From positions 743 to 64,742 of the forward strand of contig CAZLFV010000003.1 of assembly GCA_964558915.1 (NCBI GenBank): a DNA stretch of 64,000 nt, given 5' to 3'. The notes beneath the pieces were generated by a model that did no database searches, had not been told where the DNA came from, and saw only the letters and a list, made by a program, of their open reading frames with translations. Position numbers and translations under genes: made by a program. The first letter of the stretch is position 1. The number at the start of each line of letters is the position of its first letter. This stretch comes from an uncultured Eubacteriales bacterium. Its GTDB lineage: Bacteria; Acidobacteriota; Aminicenantia; Aminicenantales; UBA8522. This document shows, piece after piece, positions 10,488 through 19,478 of the stretch.

Positions 10488-10721
10488 ATGACCGGAGAAA
10501 AAAAAGGAGCGGATCCCAAGCTGATCGTGGCCGTTCAGATGCTCTCCATAGGCATCATCCTCCTCATCCTAGCACTCGTGGTCCTTTTTGTGAGTCCACT
10601 CGGCAGCATGGATCGTTTTATCCGTCTGACGTTCTTGATCAGCGAAGCCAGCATCTTTGTTGTCGGTCTGGCCTTTGCTATAGGCGGAGGGATTCGTTAT
10701 AAACGGGCAAAAAGGGCATGA
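10488..10721 (+). CDS. Small two-TM membrane protein (possible transporter accessory subunit)
   Basis: 77 aa with two hydrophobic helices and a basic C-terminus. An AAGGAG-like RBS lies upstream. Its stop overlaps the next start (ATGA). Confidence 0.5.
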   Translation: MTGEKKGADPKLIVAVQMLSIGIILLILALVVLFVSPLGSMDRFIRLTFLISEASIFVVGLAFAIGGGIRYKRAKRA

Positions 10722-11392
10722 AGATCATCAGGTTCGCCCCTTGTTTTTCCCATGCGGACGATGTCGTCAGGATATTCTGTGCCAAGAATTTCAAGAAACC
10801 TTTTTCTGTGGAGATGGTCTATTTGCCTTTTGTCCTGTTCAAATACGCCGTTCGAGCGAACCGATTTTTCGGGGGAAAAAAGGTATCGGAGGGACTGTTT
10901 TTGGCGGACTTGATCCAAGGCGTTCCAGTGTATATAGGGAAGGGGACGTCCTTAATAGTGGAAGCCGCATTGCAGAATGAATTTGCGGCCCTGCTGCCTT
11001 TATCAGCGGAAGGGGCAAAAAGAAAGGCTGAAACGATTATTGTCGAGGCTCAGCAGGTCTCAGAATCTCAGGTCCTCCCAGTCGGGTTAACGGAGAATGA
11101 GGCCATTGCCAGGGGGAAAAGGTTGTTGCGTTATGACCTGATGCGTCTTTTCGGAGGTCTGCGTTATCGCAAGGTCGAAATTACCCTTTACCCCAAAACA
11201 AAACTTGTTTATTATCCCTACTGGCTGGTCTATTATCGCGGGCGGCGGGGAGATATGAGGATTGTCGTCATAGATGGTGTGATTGGAAAAAAGGAAAGTG
11301 AGGAGATCGTCCAGTCTATTAAGCTGGGGCTGCTGAAGAAAGAGCAGGTGTCGGTACGGGTCGAATTTTCTGAAGGAGCCAACCCAAATTGA
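10718..11392 (+). CDS. Hypothetical cytoplasmic protein, no recognised family
   Basis: 224 aa with no signal peptide or TM. It overlaps the genes on both sides by 4 nt. It contains an internal duplicated hairpin-like motif (see findings). Confidence 0.65.
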   Translation: MKIIRFAPCFSHADDVVRIFCAKNFKKPFSVEMVYLPFVLFKYAVRANRFFGGKKVSEGLFLADLIQGVPVYIGKGTSLIVEAALQNEFAALLPLSAEGAKRKAETIIVEAQQVSESQVLPVGLTENEAIARGKRLLRYDLMRLFGGLRYRKVEITLYPKTKLVYYPYWLVYYRGRRGDMRIVVIDGVIGKKESEEIVQSIKLGLLKKEQVSVRVEFSEGANPN

Positions 11393-13089
11393 AAAGAAAA
11401 AGATTATGTTTGGGTCTTGATTTCGGGACGAATTCGGTCCGGGCAGTCCTGGTCGACGTCAATGACGGCCGCGAGGTGGCCACTGCAATTTATGAATATG
11501 AGACGGGCCAGGCGGGTGTCATCCTGGACCCGCAAGATCCCAACCTGGCAAGACAGAATCCGGCAGATTATGTGAAGGGCGTAGAGGTTGTTGTCAAAAA
11601 GCTGGTGGATGAAGCGAAGAAGGCCGACCCATCATTCAACTCTACCGATATCATCGGCATAGGCGTTGACACGACGGGTTCAACCCCGATCCCCGTGGAC
11701 AGGTCTGGCGTGCCTCTGAGCTTCAAGCCCGAGTTCAAGGATGATCCCAACGCTCAGGCCTGGCTGTGGAAAGACCACACCGCCCATGCCGAGGCGGCCA
11801 TGATCACGGAGCTCGCTTCAAAGGTCCATCCGGAATACCTGGCCAAATGCGGCGGGACGTATTCGTCAGAATGGTTTTTCAGCAAGATTCTTCATAGTTT
11901 GAGGACAGACAGGCGGGTTTTTAATGCGGCCTATAGCTGGGTGGAGTGCTGTGATTACATTCCCGGCCTGCTCACCGGAATTTCGGGCCCGCTCGAGATG
12001 AAGCGGAGCCGTTGCGCCGCGGGCCACAAAGCCATGTTCAATGAAAACTGGGGCGGCCTGCCATCAAAGGAATTCCTTTCGAGGCTGGACCCGGAACTGG
12101 GCGAGCTTCGGAATCATCTCTATGGAAAGACGTACACATCTGATACGGAAGCCGGCAAGCTCTCGGCAGAGTGGGCTGGTCGGCTGGGGCTGTCAGCCGG
12201 GATTCCAGTAGCAGTCGGTGCCTTTGACGCTCATTTGGGCGCGGTCGGGTCTGGAGTCGCGCCGGGCAAGCTGATCAAAATCATAGGCACGAGCACGTGC
12301 GATATCACAGTGTGGCCGAACTCGGAGCCCCTGGCCGATATTCCCGGCTTGTGCGGAATCGTTGACGGGTCTGTCCTTCCGGGATATTTTGGGCTTGAAG
12401 CCGGACAGTCGGCAGTCGGGGATATTTTTAACTGGTTCGTCAGCTATATCCAGCCCGGCGGGCTCAAGAAAGGCTCGCATAAGGCTCTCACGGTCAAGGC
12501 GGCCCGACTCAAGCCCGGTCAGTCGGGACTTCTCGCCCTGGATTGGAATCATGGCAACCGGACCATCCTTGTGGACCAGCGCCTGACAGGCCTCCTGCTC
12601 GGCCAGACATTGCTGACAACTCCGGAAGAAATCTACCGGACCTTGATCGAGGCTACTGCCTTTGGCGCCCTGACCATCATTAACCGCTTTGAAGAATACG
12701 GGGTCAAGGTCTCGGAAATCATCAACTGCGGCGGGATCGCTGAGAAGAATCCTCTCATCATGCAAATTTATGCCGACGTCACCGGCCGGGAAATGAAAAT
12801 CGCCCGGTCCGCGCAGACTTGCGCCTTGGGCTCTGCCATCGCTGGGGCAGTCGTCGCCGGCCCGGAGAACGGCGGTTACTCCAATTTTGCCGAGGCCCAG
12901 AAGGCTATGTGTTCGACGAAACCTCAATCCTTCCGTCCAAACCCCGAGAACCATAGAATCTATGCCGAACTCTACAAGCTTTATTCCCAGCTCCATGACG
13001 CGTTTGGGACAAAGCCGTGGTCGGGGAGCCTTTACAGCGTGATGAAAGACCTCTTGAGGATCCGGGATAGTCAGAGGAAGGAGAGTTAA
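11389..13089 (+). CDS. araB: Ribulokinase
   Basis: TTG start. FGGY kinase N-terminus LGLDFGTNSVRAVLVD. 566 aa, colinear with AraB, and followed by araD. Confidence 0.92.
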   Translation: MKRKRLCLGLDFGTNSVRAVLVDVNDGREVATAIYEYETGQAGVILDPQDPNLARQNPADYVKGVEVVVKKLVDEAKKADPSFNSTDIIGIGVDTTGSTPIPVDRSGVPLSFKPEFKDDPNAQAWLWKDHTAHAEAAMITELASKVHPEYLAKCGGTYSSEWFFSKILHSLRTDRRVFNAAYSWVECCDYIPGLLTGISGPLEMKRSRCAAGHKAMFNENWGGLPSKEFLSRLDPELGELRNHLYGKTYTSDTEAGKLSAEWAGRLGLSAGIPVAVGAFDAHLGAVGSGVAPGKLIKIIGTSTCDITVWPNSEPLADIPGLCGIVDGSVLPGYFGLEAGQSAVGDIFNWFVSYIQPGGLKKGSHKALTVKAARLKPGQSGLLALDWNHGNRTILVDQRLTGLLLGQTLLTTPEEIYRTLIEATAFGALTIINRFEEYGVKVSEIINCGGIAEKNPLIMQIYADVTGREMKIARSAQTCALGSAIAGAVVAGPENGGYSNFAEAQKAMCSTKPQSFRPNPENHRIYAELYKLYSQLHDAFGTKPWSGSLYSVMKDLLRIRDSQRKES

Positions 13090-13790
13090 TGCTTCAGGAT
13101 TTAAAAGAGCGTGTCTGGAAGGCCAATGCAGACTTGGTGATGTTCGGCCTCGTTACTCTGACCTGGGGGAACGTCAGCGGATTGGAGAGAAAAAAGGGGA
13201 TCGTCGCCATAAAGCCCAGCGGCATTTCCTATAACGAGATGAAGCCTTCCCATATGGTCCTTGTGGACTTGGAAGGAAAGAAGGTTGAAGGCGCGCTCCA
13301 GCCCTCGTCAGATACTCCCGCTCACCTTGAGATTTATAAAGCGTTTTCGGATATCGGCGCCGTGGCGCATACCCATAGTGAATATGCCACGATGTTCGCT
13401 CAGGCCTCAATGGAAATTCCCTGCCTCGGGACGACTCACGCCGATGTATTTTACGGGCCTGTTCCCGTCACGCGGTTCTTGACTCGAGCAGAAATTGAAA
13501 CAGAATACGAAAAAAACACGGGCAGGGTCATTGCTGAGCGGTTCCTCAGTTTGAACCCCCTTGAACGGCCAGGTGTGCTCGTCGCCGGACATGGCCCCTT
13601 TACCTGGGGAGAAACACCTGAAGAGGCTGTGGAACACAGCTTGGCCCTAGAGAAAATTGCCAAGATGGCCCTCGGCTCTCTGCTCTTGAGGCCTCGGCCG
13701 GGCCTATTCCCCCAATGCCTTCTCAAGAAACATTATCAAAGGAAGCACGGACCCAGAGCTTATTATGGACAAAAGAAAAAGGAGAAATAG
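13089..13790 (+). CDS. araD: L-ribulose-5-phosphate 4-epimerase
   Basis: 233 aa with a class II aldolase/epimerase fold (...SSDTPAHLEIY...AHTHSEYAT...). Its start overlaps the araB stop (TAATG). Confidence 0.92.
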   Translation: MLQDLKERVWKANADLVMFGLVTLTWGNVSGLERKKGIVAIKPSGISYNEMKPSHMVLVDLEGKKVEGALQPSSDTPAHLEIYKAFSDIGAVAHTHSEYATMFAQASMEIPCLGTTHADVFYGPVPVTRFLTRAEIETEYEKNTGRVIAERFLSLNPLERPGVLVAGHGPFTWGETPEEAVEHSLALEKIAKMALGSLLLRPRPGLFPQCLLKKHYQRKHGPRAYYGQKKKEK

Positions 13791-13791
13791 G

Positions 13792-15273
13792 ATGAAAAAT
13801 ATCCCTCAGGTCAAGCTCGGAGTTATCGCTGTCAGCCGGGATTGTTTCCCGATGGAGTTGTCTAGAAAAAGAAGGTTGAACGTGGTCAAGGAGTGCCGGG
13901 CCAGGGAAATCCCCGTTGTAGAAATTCAAACAATTATCGAGAATGAGACTGACGTGCTCAAAGCGGAGCAGGAGCTCATCCAAAAAAGTGTCAACGCCCT
14001 CGTTATTTTCCTCGGCAATTTTGGCCCCGAGGGGCCAACAACGATGCTGGCGCAGAGGTTTGCCGGCCCGGTGATGTTTGCGGCCGCCGCTGAGGAAACA
14101 GGAAAAGACCTGGTTCAAGGCCGGGGCGACGCTCTGTGCGGGCTCCTCAACACGAGCTATAACTCCGGGTTGAGACGGCTCCGTCCATATATTCCGGAAT
14201 ACCCCGTAGGAACAGCCGGCGAGGTGGCGACGATGATTGCCGATTTCCTTCCCGTGGCTCGGGTCGTTTCCGGTCTGAGAAAGCTCAAGATTTTCGCCTT
14301 CGGCCCGCGTCCTCAGGATTTCCTCGCCTGCAACGCGCCTATCAAGCCGCTTTATGACCTTGGCATCGAAATCATGGAGAACAGTGAGCTCGACCTCTAC
14401 GATATTTTTCTGGCCGCCGAAGGTAACCCGAGAATTAGGACAGTGTCAAGGGATATGGCTAAAGAGCTGGGAGAGACAAACGCTGACCCGGACCTCCTGA
14501 AGAGAATGGCTCAGTATGAGGTCGCCTTGAGGAAGTATTTTGAAGCCCATCTTGGAGCTTCAGAGTTTGGAGTGTTCGCCAACAAATGCTGGCCGTCTTT
14601 TGAGAAATATTTTAGGTTTGTTCCGTGCTACGTCAACTCGCGGCTGGCCTCCCAAGGGATTCCTGTCTCCTGCGAAGTGGATATCTATGGGGCCCTGAGT
14701 GAATACATGGCGATGTGCGCAACCGGGCTTCCGGCGACGCTCCTCGACATTAACAACAGTGTGCCACGAGATATGTACGAGTCCGCCCGGAAGAAAAGGG
14801 GGAATTATCAACCGAGCGACCTTTTTATGGGCTTTCATTGCGGCAACACGCCGTCTGGATGCATGATCGGGAGCGCTCTCAAGTTTCAGCTCATCATGAA
14901 CCGGTTGATGGAGGGCGGCCGAGAGCCTGACATCACCAGGGGGACGATGGAGGGACGAATCCGGCCGGGCGAAATCACGATTTTCCGCCTCCAGGCAGGG
15001 GCAGACGCGACCTTGCGGTCATATGTCGCCGAGGGCGAAATCCTGGATATTGACCCCAAGTCGTTTGGAAGCATCGGAGTTTTCGCCATCAAGGAGATGG
15101 GCCGTTTTTATCGCTATGTCCTGATCGAAAGACAATTTCCCCACCATACGGCTGTGGCGTTCGAGCACGCCGGCAAGACTCTCTTTGCGACGGTCAGAAT
15201 GCTCGGTCTCGAGGATGTGGATTTCAATCGGCCGGCCGGAATGCTCTATCCGGGAGAGAGCCCTTATAAATAG
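13792..15273 (+). CDS. FucI/AraA-superfamily sugar isomerase (probable non-canonical L-arabinose isomerase)
   Basis: The ATG at 13792 has AAGGAG upstream and lies just after the araD stop; the ORF opens at 13765. It carries the FucI-family C-terminal string FMGFHCGNTP. The operon position is where araA is expected. Confidence 0.75.
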   Translation: MKNIPQVKLGVIAVSRDCFPMELSRKRRLNVVKECRAREIPVVEIQTIIENETDVLKAEQELIQKSVNALVIFLGNFGPEGPTTMLAQRFAGPVMFAAAAEETGKDLVQGRGDALCGLLNTSYNSGLRRLRPYIPEYPVGTAGEVATMIADFLPVARVVSGLRKLKIFAFGPRPQDFLACNAPIKPLYDLGIEIMENSELDLYDIFLAAEGNPRIRTVSRDMAKELGETNADPDLLKRMAQYEVALRKYFEAHLGASEFGVFANKCWPSFEKYFRFVPCYVNSRLASQGIPVSCEVDIYGALSEYMAMCATGLPATLLDINNSVPRDMYESARKKRGNYQPSDLFMGFHCGNTPSGCMIGSALKFQLIMNRLMEGGREPDITRGTMEGRIRPGEITIFRLQAGADATLRSYVAEGEILDIDPKSFGSIGVFAIKEMGRFYRYVLIERQFPHHTAVAFEHAGKTLFATVRMLGLEDVDFNRPAGMLYPGESPYK

Positions 15274-15371
15274 TTCAGAGAGGGCCTCAAAAATTAGTAT
15301 TTCGGTAATATTTATAGAACCAATGTACTTTTTACGAAAGAGCGGACAGGGCGGAGAAGGGACCTGATAAT

Positions 15372-16412
15372 ATGAAAGCTGCAGTTCTCACGGGTCGGGG
15401 GAGAATTGAAATCCGGGAAATTCCAGAACCCCGCCTGGCGAATGAGACCGATGTCCTGATTCGTGTGGAAGCGACAGGAATCTGCGGCTCGGATGTCCAT
15501 TATTTCTCAGAGGGACGGATCGGCGATCAGGTTGTCGAATACCCTTTTGTCGTCGGCCATGAATGCGCCGGAGTTGTGCAGGAAACGGGTAGTGCCGTCA
15601 CTCGCCTCAAGCCAGAAGACCGGGTGGCCATCGACCCGGGCGTCGTCTGTGGCCGGTGCGACCAATGCTTAGCGGGCCGGCCGAACACCTGCCACAACCT
15701 ACGCTACCTCGGTACGCCCGGACAGATGTCCGGCAGTCTAGTTGACGTTATTCGCATTCCCGAGCAAAACTGTCATCGTCTCGGCGAAGGAATGAGTATG
15801 AATGAAGGAGCACTGGTCGAGCCGCTGTCTATCGGAGTATATAGTCTTAAACTTCTGGCCGGCTCGCTTCCCGAAAAAATAGCGATTCTCGGTTCAGGAC
15901 CGATTGGGCTCGCTGTCCTTCTGGCGGCGAAAGTCGCCGGAGTCCGCGCTGTCTATATGACAGATCAGGTCGAGGAGAGAGTTCAGGCCGCCCGCCGGGC
16001 TGGGGCCGATTGGTCGGGAAATCCTGAACGATCGGATATTGTCGCTCGAATCCGCGCCGCGGAGCCACGTTTGCTGGACGCGGTCTTTGAATGCTGTGGC
16101 GACCAAGGGGCACTTGACCAAGCCGTCGACCTTCTTAAACCTGGCGGGAAACTCCTTGTCCTCGGCATCCCCGTCTCTGACCGCGTCTCCTTTGACATCC
16201 ATAAGCTTCGCCGCAAGGAAATCGGCCTTATTAACGTTCGGCGGCAAAGCCATTGTTTTCCCGACGCCATCCGGCTCATCAAGACAAAGAAAGCGGATGT
16301 CCGTTTCATGGCCACGCATGAATTCAGCCTCGTTGATGCAGCCCAAGCCTTTGAGCTCGTGTCCGGATACCGCGACGGCGTGATTAAGGCCATCATCCGC
16401 CCGTCTTTTTGA
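15372..16412 (+). CDS. Zinc-dependent polyol/sugar alcohol dehydrogenase (MDR family)
   Basis: GICGSDVHY and GHECAG zinc-ADH signatures, plus the Rossmann motif LGSGPIGL. Confidence 0.85.
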   Translation: MKAAVLTGRGRIEIREIPEPRLANETDVLIRVEATGICGSDVHYFSEGRIGDQVVEYPFVVGHECAGVVQETGSAVTRLKPEDRVAIDPGVVCGRCDQCLAGRPNTCHNLRYLGTPGQMSGSLVDVIRIPEQNCHRLGEGMSMNEGALVEPLSIGVYSLKLLAGSLPEKIAILGSGPIGLAVLLAAKVAGVRAVYMTDQVEERVQAARRAGADWSGNPERSDIVARIRAAEPRLLDAVFECCGDQGALDQAVDLLKPGGKLLVLGIPVSDRVSFDIHKLRRKEIGLINVRRQSHCFPDAIRLIKTKKADVRFMATHEFSLVDAAQAFELVSGYRDGVIKAIIRPSF

Positions 16413-16458
16413 CTTTCCCCTTCATCTGTGCTAATCATAAACCCAGTGAGGAGGGGAA

Positions 16459-16929
16459 GTGGAAAAAGACAGTCAAAGCCGCCTTTCTTACCAAACCCAT
16501 ATATCCCAAAAGCTCGTTGACCTGATTGAGCGCAGCGCAGAAGAACTGACTAATAACTGGCTCGCGGACGTCCGCAAGGAACTCCACCTGCCGACGTATC
16601 AAAGCTTCGACAACACCGAGCTCTACCAGCGCGCCTTCAAGGTCTACAGCCAGCTCGGAAAATGGATCTCGCGGGAGACCACTAAGGAGGAAATCGCCAA
16701 GGAGTATATGGCTTTGGGCGCCCAGCGCAGGAAAGAAGGATTCGCCCTTGCTGAGATCATCCAGGCCCTCATTCTGATCCGTCGAAACCTCTGGAGGAAA
16801 GTGCTGAGGGAGGGGCTGCTCGATACGACACTCGACCTCTACCAGGCCATGGAGCTCAATAACCGCGTTATCCGCTTTTTCGACCGGGCCATCTATTTCA
16901 CGGCGGTCGGGTACGAAAAAAAGGGCTGA
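16459..16929 (+). CDS. RsbRD N-terminal domain-like protein (stand-alone)
   Basis: GTG start, 156 aa, helical. It resembles the non-haem globin-like N-terminal domain of RsbR-type proteins. The assignment is from memory only. Confidence 0.45.
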   Translation: MEKDSQSRLSYQTHISQKLVDLIERSAEELTNNWLADVRKELHLPTYQSFDNTELYQRAFKVYSQLGKWISRETTKEEIAKEYMALGAQRRKEGFALAEIIQALILIRRNLWRKVLREGLLDTTLDLYQAMELNNRVIRFFDRAIYFTAVGYEKKG

Positions 16930-16959
16930 AGAGATTTTCAGCGCCGGCCGGAGGACAAA

Positions 16960-17625
16960 ATGGTGAGTTATGAAGATGTCGCCAGCATGATCGACCATTC
17001 CTTGCTCAAGCCCAACCTGACTGACAAGGACGTTGAAGACGGCTGCAGGATTGCGGACAAGTACAGGGTGGCCAGCGTCTGTGTCAGGCCGAGCGATGTC
17101 CGGCGGGCCGCCGAGATCCTGAAGACGAGCCCGGTCCGCGTGACCACGGTCATCGGGTTCCCTCATGGAGCGGCGACTACGCCGGTCAAAGTCTTCGAAG
17201 CAAAGGAAGCTATAGAGAACGGAGCGGTCGAGTTGGATGTTGTCCTCAACATCGGCAAGCTGAAATCGAGAGACTATGATTATGTGGAAGCGGACCTTCA
17301 GGCCGTGACTGCCGCCGCTCACGAGAAAAATGTCATCGTCAAGGTCATCTTCGAAAACTGTTATCTTGATGACGAACAGAAAATCGCCGCCTGCCGGATC
17401 GCGAATGAGGTCGGCGTCGATTATATCAAAACATCAACAGGATTTGGGACGGGCGGCGCCGAAGACAGAGACTTGATCCTGATGAGAAAACACGCCCTGC
17501 CCTCCATCAAGTTGAAAGCTGCCGGAGGGATCCGGACCCTGGAGCGGGCCTTGGAGGTCAAGAACCTGGGCTGCTCGCGGATCGGAGCCACCGCGACAGT
17601 CGCAATTTTAGAGAAGCTCAAATAG
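16960..17625 (+). CDS. deoC: Deoxyribose-phosphate aldolase
   Basis: 221 aa, ...IDHSLLKP...VCV...VDYIKTSTGF..., a class I aldolase with the conserved Lys context. Confidence 0.9.
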   Translation: MVSYEDVASMIDHSLLKPNLTDKDVEDGCRIADKYRVASVCVRPSDVRRAAEILKTSPVRVTTVIGFPHGAATTPVKVFEAKEAIENGAVELDVVLNIGKLKSRDYDYVEADLQAVTAAAHEKNVIVKVIFENCYLDDEQKIAACRIANEVGVDYIKTSTGFGTGGAEDRDLILMRKHALPSIKLKAAGGIRTLERALEVKNLGCSRIGATATVAILEKLK

Positions 17626-17688
17626 CCCCACTTTTCAGTTTCATTTTGCCAACCCCCTGAGCCGATAGAGCGGTCTTCTGTTCGGCAT

Positions 17689-18504
17689 CTATGCCCTTTC
17701 TTTTTTCAGTTTTTCCCGGGCTTCAGCGAACATCGGCTCGGCATATTCCGAGGGCCAGGTGCGGTCCTCGAAGCTCCTCTTTTCGATCAGGCTTAAGAAT
17801 CCCTTGAATTCGTCAAAATAGGAGCCGTAGATGTGGAAGCTGTCCACAAGGTCGGCGTAGCGGCCCAGGCGCACTGGGCGGCCGATTTTAGAGCTGATTT
17901 TCCGAGCGATGGTGCGCTGCAGGTCTGTGATGGCAAAAACATTCATGTAGGCGGCTTTATAGGCGTCCCTGGAGCGCCAGTGCGTGTTCATGTTGAGGAT
18001 GAGTTCTCCTCGGTCATCGGCGAGAAGCCGGCACCAGAGACGCTGGAGGCAGGGCGGATCATATGTCGGAGGGTCAAGTTTGGGATTCCAGGTGATGGCT
18101 TGAGCCCGGCGGGAGTGTCCGGCCTGGCTGAGCTTCTCGACGATATAGTTGATCTGGTCGATCGTCTGGCCTTCGATCTCATAAGCGAAAAGGCGCTTGT
18201 GATAGGTATAAGTCCACTTGCCCTCCTCTGGAGAAATCCAATGGTCGTGGACTCCGTTGACGACTTCCTGACGATAAACCTCAAGGTCCTCCAGCCCGCC
18301 CGGGAATGCACGATGAATCCGCGGCTCGGCAAAAGGATCCTCCACCACCCACATCATCGTGCAGTCTTTGCTGGGTGGGTCGCCCGGTTTGTCATACTCG
18401 GTCTTGATGGCGATGCCTTTATCCCAGCAGGCTAAGACAGCCTTTTCCCAGGCCTCCGGCAGAGTCTTCCCGGAGACGTACAAAGTTGGAATCTGGCCGT
18501 GCAT
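17689..18504 (-). CDS. thyA: Thymidylate synthase family protein, divergent (archaeal-type ThyA-like)
   Basis: It carries SRRAQAITWNP, DPPCLQ (Cys nucleophile context) and HWRSRD followed by Asn 8 residues later, as in ThyA. A GGGAGG RBS is present. Confidence 0.75.
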   Translation of the reverse strand: MHGQIPTLYVSGKTLPEAWEKAVLACWDKGIAIKTEYDKPGDPPSKDCTMMWVVEDPFAEPRIHRAFPGGLEDLEVYRQEVVNGVHDHWISPEEGKWTYTYHKRLFAYEIEGQTIDQINYIVEKLSQAGHSRRAQAITWNPKLDPPTYDPPCLQRLWCRLLADDRGELILNMNTHWRSRDAYKAAYMNVFAITDLQRTIARKISSKIGRPVRLGRYADLVDSFHIYGSYFDEFKGFLSLIEKRSFEDRTWPSEYAEPMFAEAREKLKKERA

Positions 18505-18683
18505 TTTAACCTCCCGCTTTCAGGATTCGTTTATTTCCCGCTTTTATCATAGGAATCAAACAAGGTCAACTTGCTCGTAGATTGGAACAGCAACATTGCT
18601 TCTGCGGTCATTTTGGGCTGAGGCCCTTCTCTTGCCAGCGAGTATTTTTCTTTATATGATAAAAACTCAGAAGGGAGAACCGC

Positions 18684-18908
18684 ATGAAAGAAGCCAAGAA
18701 TCCTCCGAGAACAAGGCCACTCAACCTCGATGATTTTTTGGACTTGGGCATTAAGCTTGAGGAGGCCTTTTGTGCCTGTTATGAAGGCCTTAGCCGCATT
18801 TCTTCTGACGAGGATCTTGCCTGGAGATTAAACAAGATGGCCCGGGAAGACAAGACCCATACCCAAAGCCTGAAGGAAATCATCCTGGAGCAAGAGGGAA
18901 AACGCTAG
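18684..18908 (+). CDS. Small hypothetical protein (possibly ferritin-like helix pair)
   Basis: 74 aa with an AAGGGAG RBS. The helical sequence contains ...EEAFCACYEGL...REDKTHTQSL. Weak call. Confidence 0.35.
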   Translation: MKEAKNPPRTRPLNLDDFLDLGIKLEEAFCACYEGLSRISSDEDLAWRLNKMAREDKTHTQSLKEIILEQEGKR

Positions 18909-18985
18909 GGGACGCGTTCACGCTCTTGATAATCCGACCCTTGGAACACAGAGTCTAATGTTTGGGGAGAGGAGTCGCCGGCGAT
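18905..18985. repeat. Short copy (C) of the same repeat core: TAATCCGACCCTTGGAACACAG
   Basis: The core at 18930-18948 resembles TAATCCTTGGAACATAG of copy A. The flanking GAGGAGTCGCCGGCG resembles CAGAGGCCGCCGCTC. Confidence 0.4.
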
Positions 18986-19383
18986 TACCTCTTCTTGAGA
19001 AGGGGCGATAGAAGCAGGACGACGCCGATCGCGATGAGAATAAGGGGCCACCACTCGAAGAATCCGATGAGATGGGCGCCACCAACGATCGCGAGCACAA
19101 GCCCGGCAATAAGCCTTCCTGTCTGGGTCTTCTGGTAGGCCGGAGAGAAGCAGCTGACCAGAAACTCCAGAATGAAGATTCCGCCGAGTCCGACCAAAAA
19201 ATAGGCCCACCAGTCTGCCCAGGAAATCCGGTCCATTTGGGTTAAGAGAAAAAGGACTCCCAAGAGAATAAGAACCAGCCCTCCCGTCAGCCGCGGAGAC
19301 GGAGTCTCTTTTGGTTTTGGCTGCCCGAGAGGCCTGCCTGTTTCACTAGTCTTGACGTCTTCGCCCATGGTTTTCTCCTTCAC
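18985..19383 (-). CDS. Membrane protein (LiaF/DUF5668-like TM block)
   Basis: 132 aa with a polar N-terminus followed by 3-4 hydrophobic helices. Confidence 0.55.
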   Translation of the reverse strand: MKEKTMGEDVKTSETGRPLGQPKPKETPSPRLTGGLVLILLGVLFLLTQMDRISWADWWAYFLVGLGGIFILEFLVSCFSPAYQKTQTGRLIAGLVLAIVGGAHLIGFFEWWPLILIAIGVVLLLSPLLKKR

Positions 19384-19478
19384 TTTTCAATACCACAGCC
19401 GGCAGGCAAGGTCAATGAGGCGTGAGAAAAACGATTTGCTCTTGGGGCTGATTTTGGCTAAAATGACGGGAAACAGGA

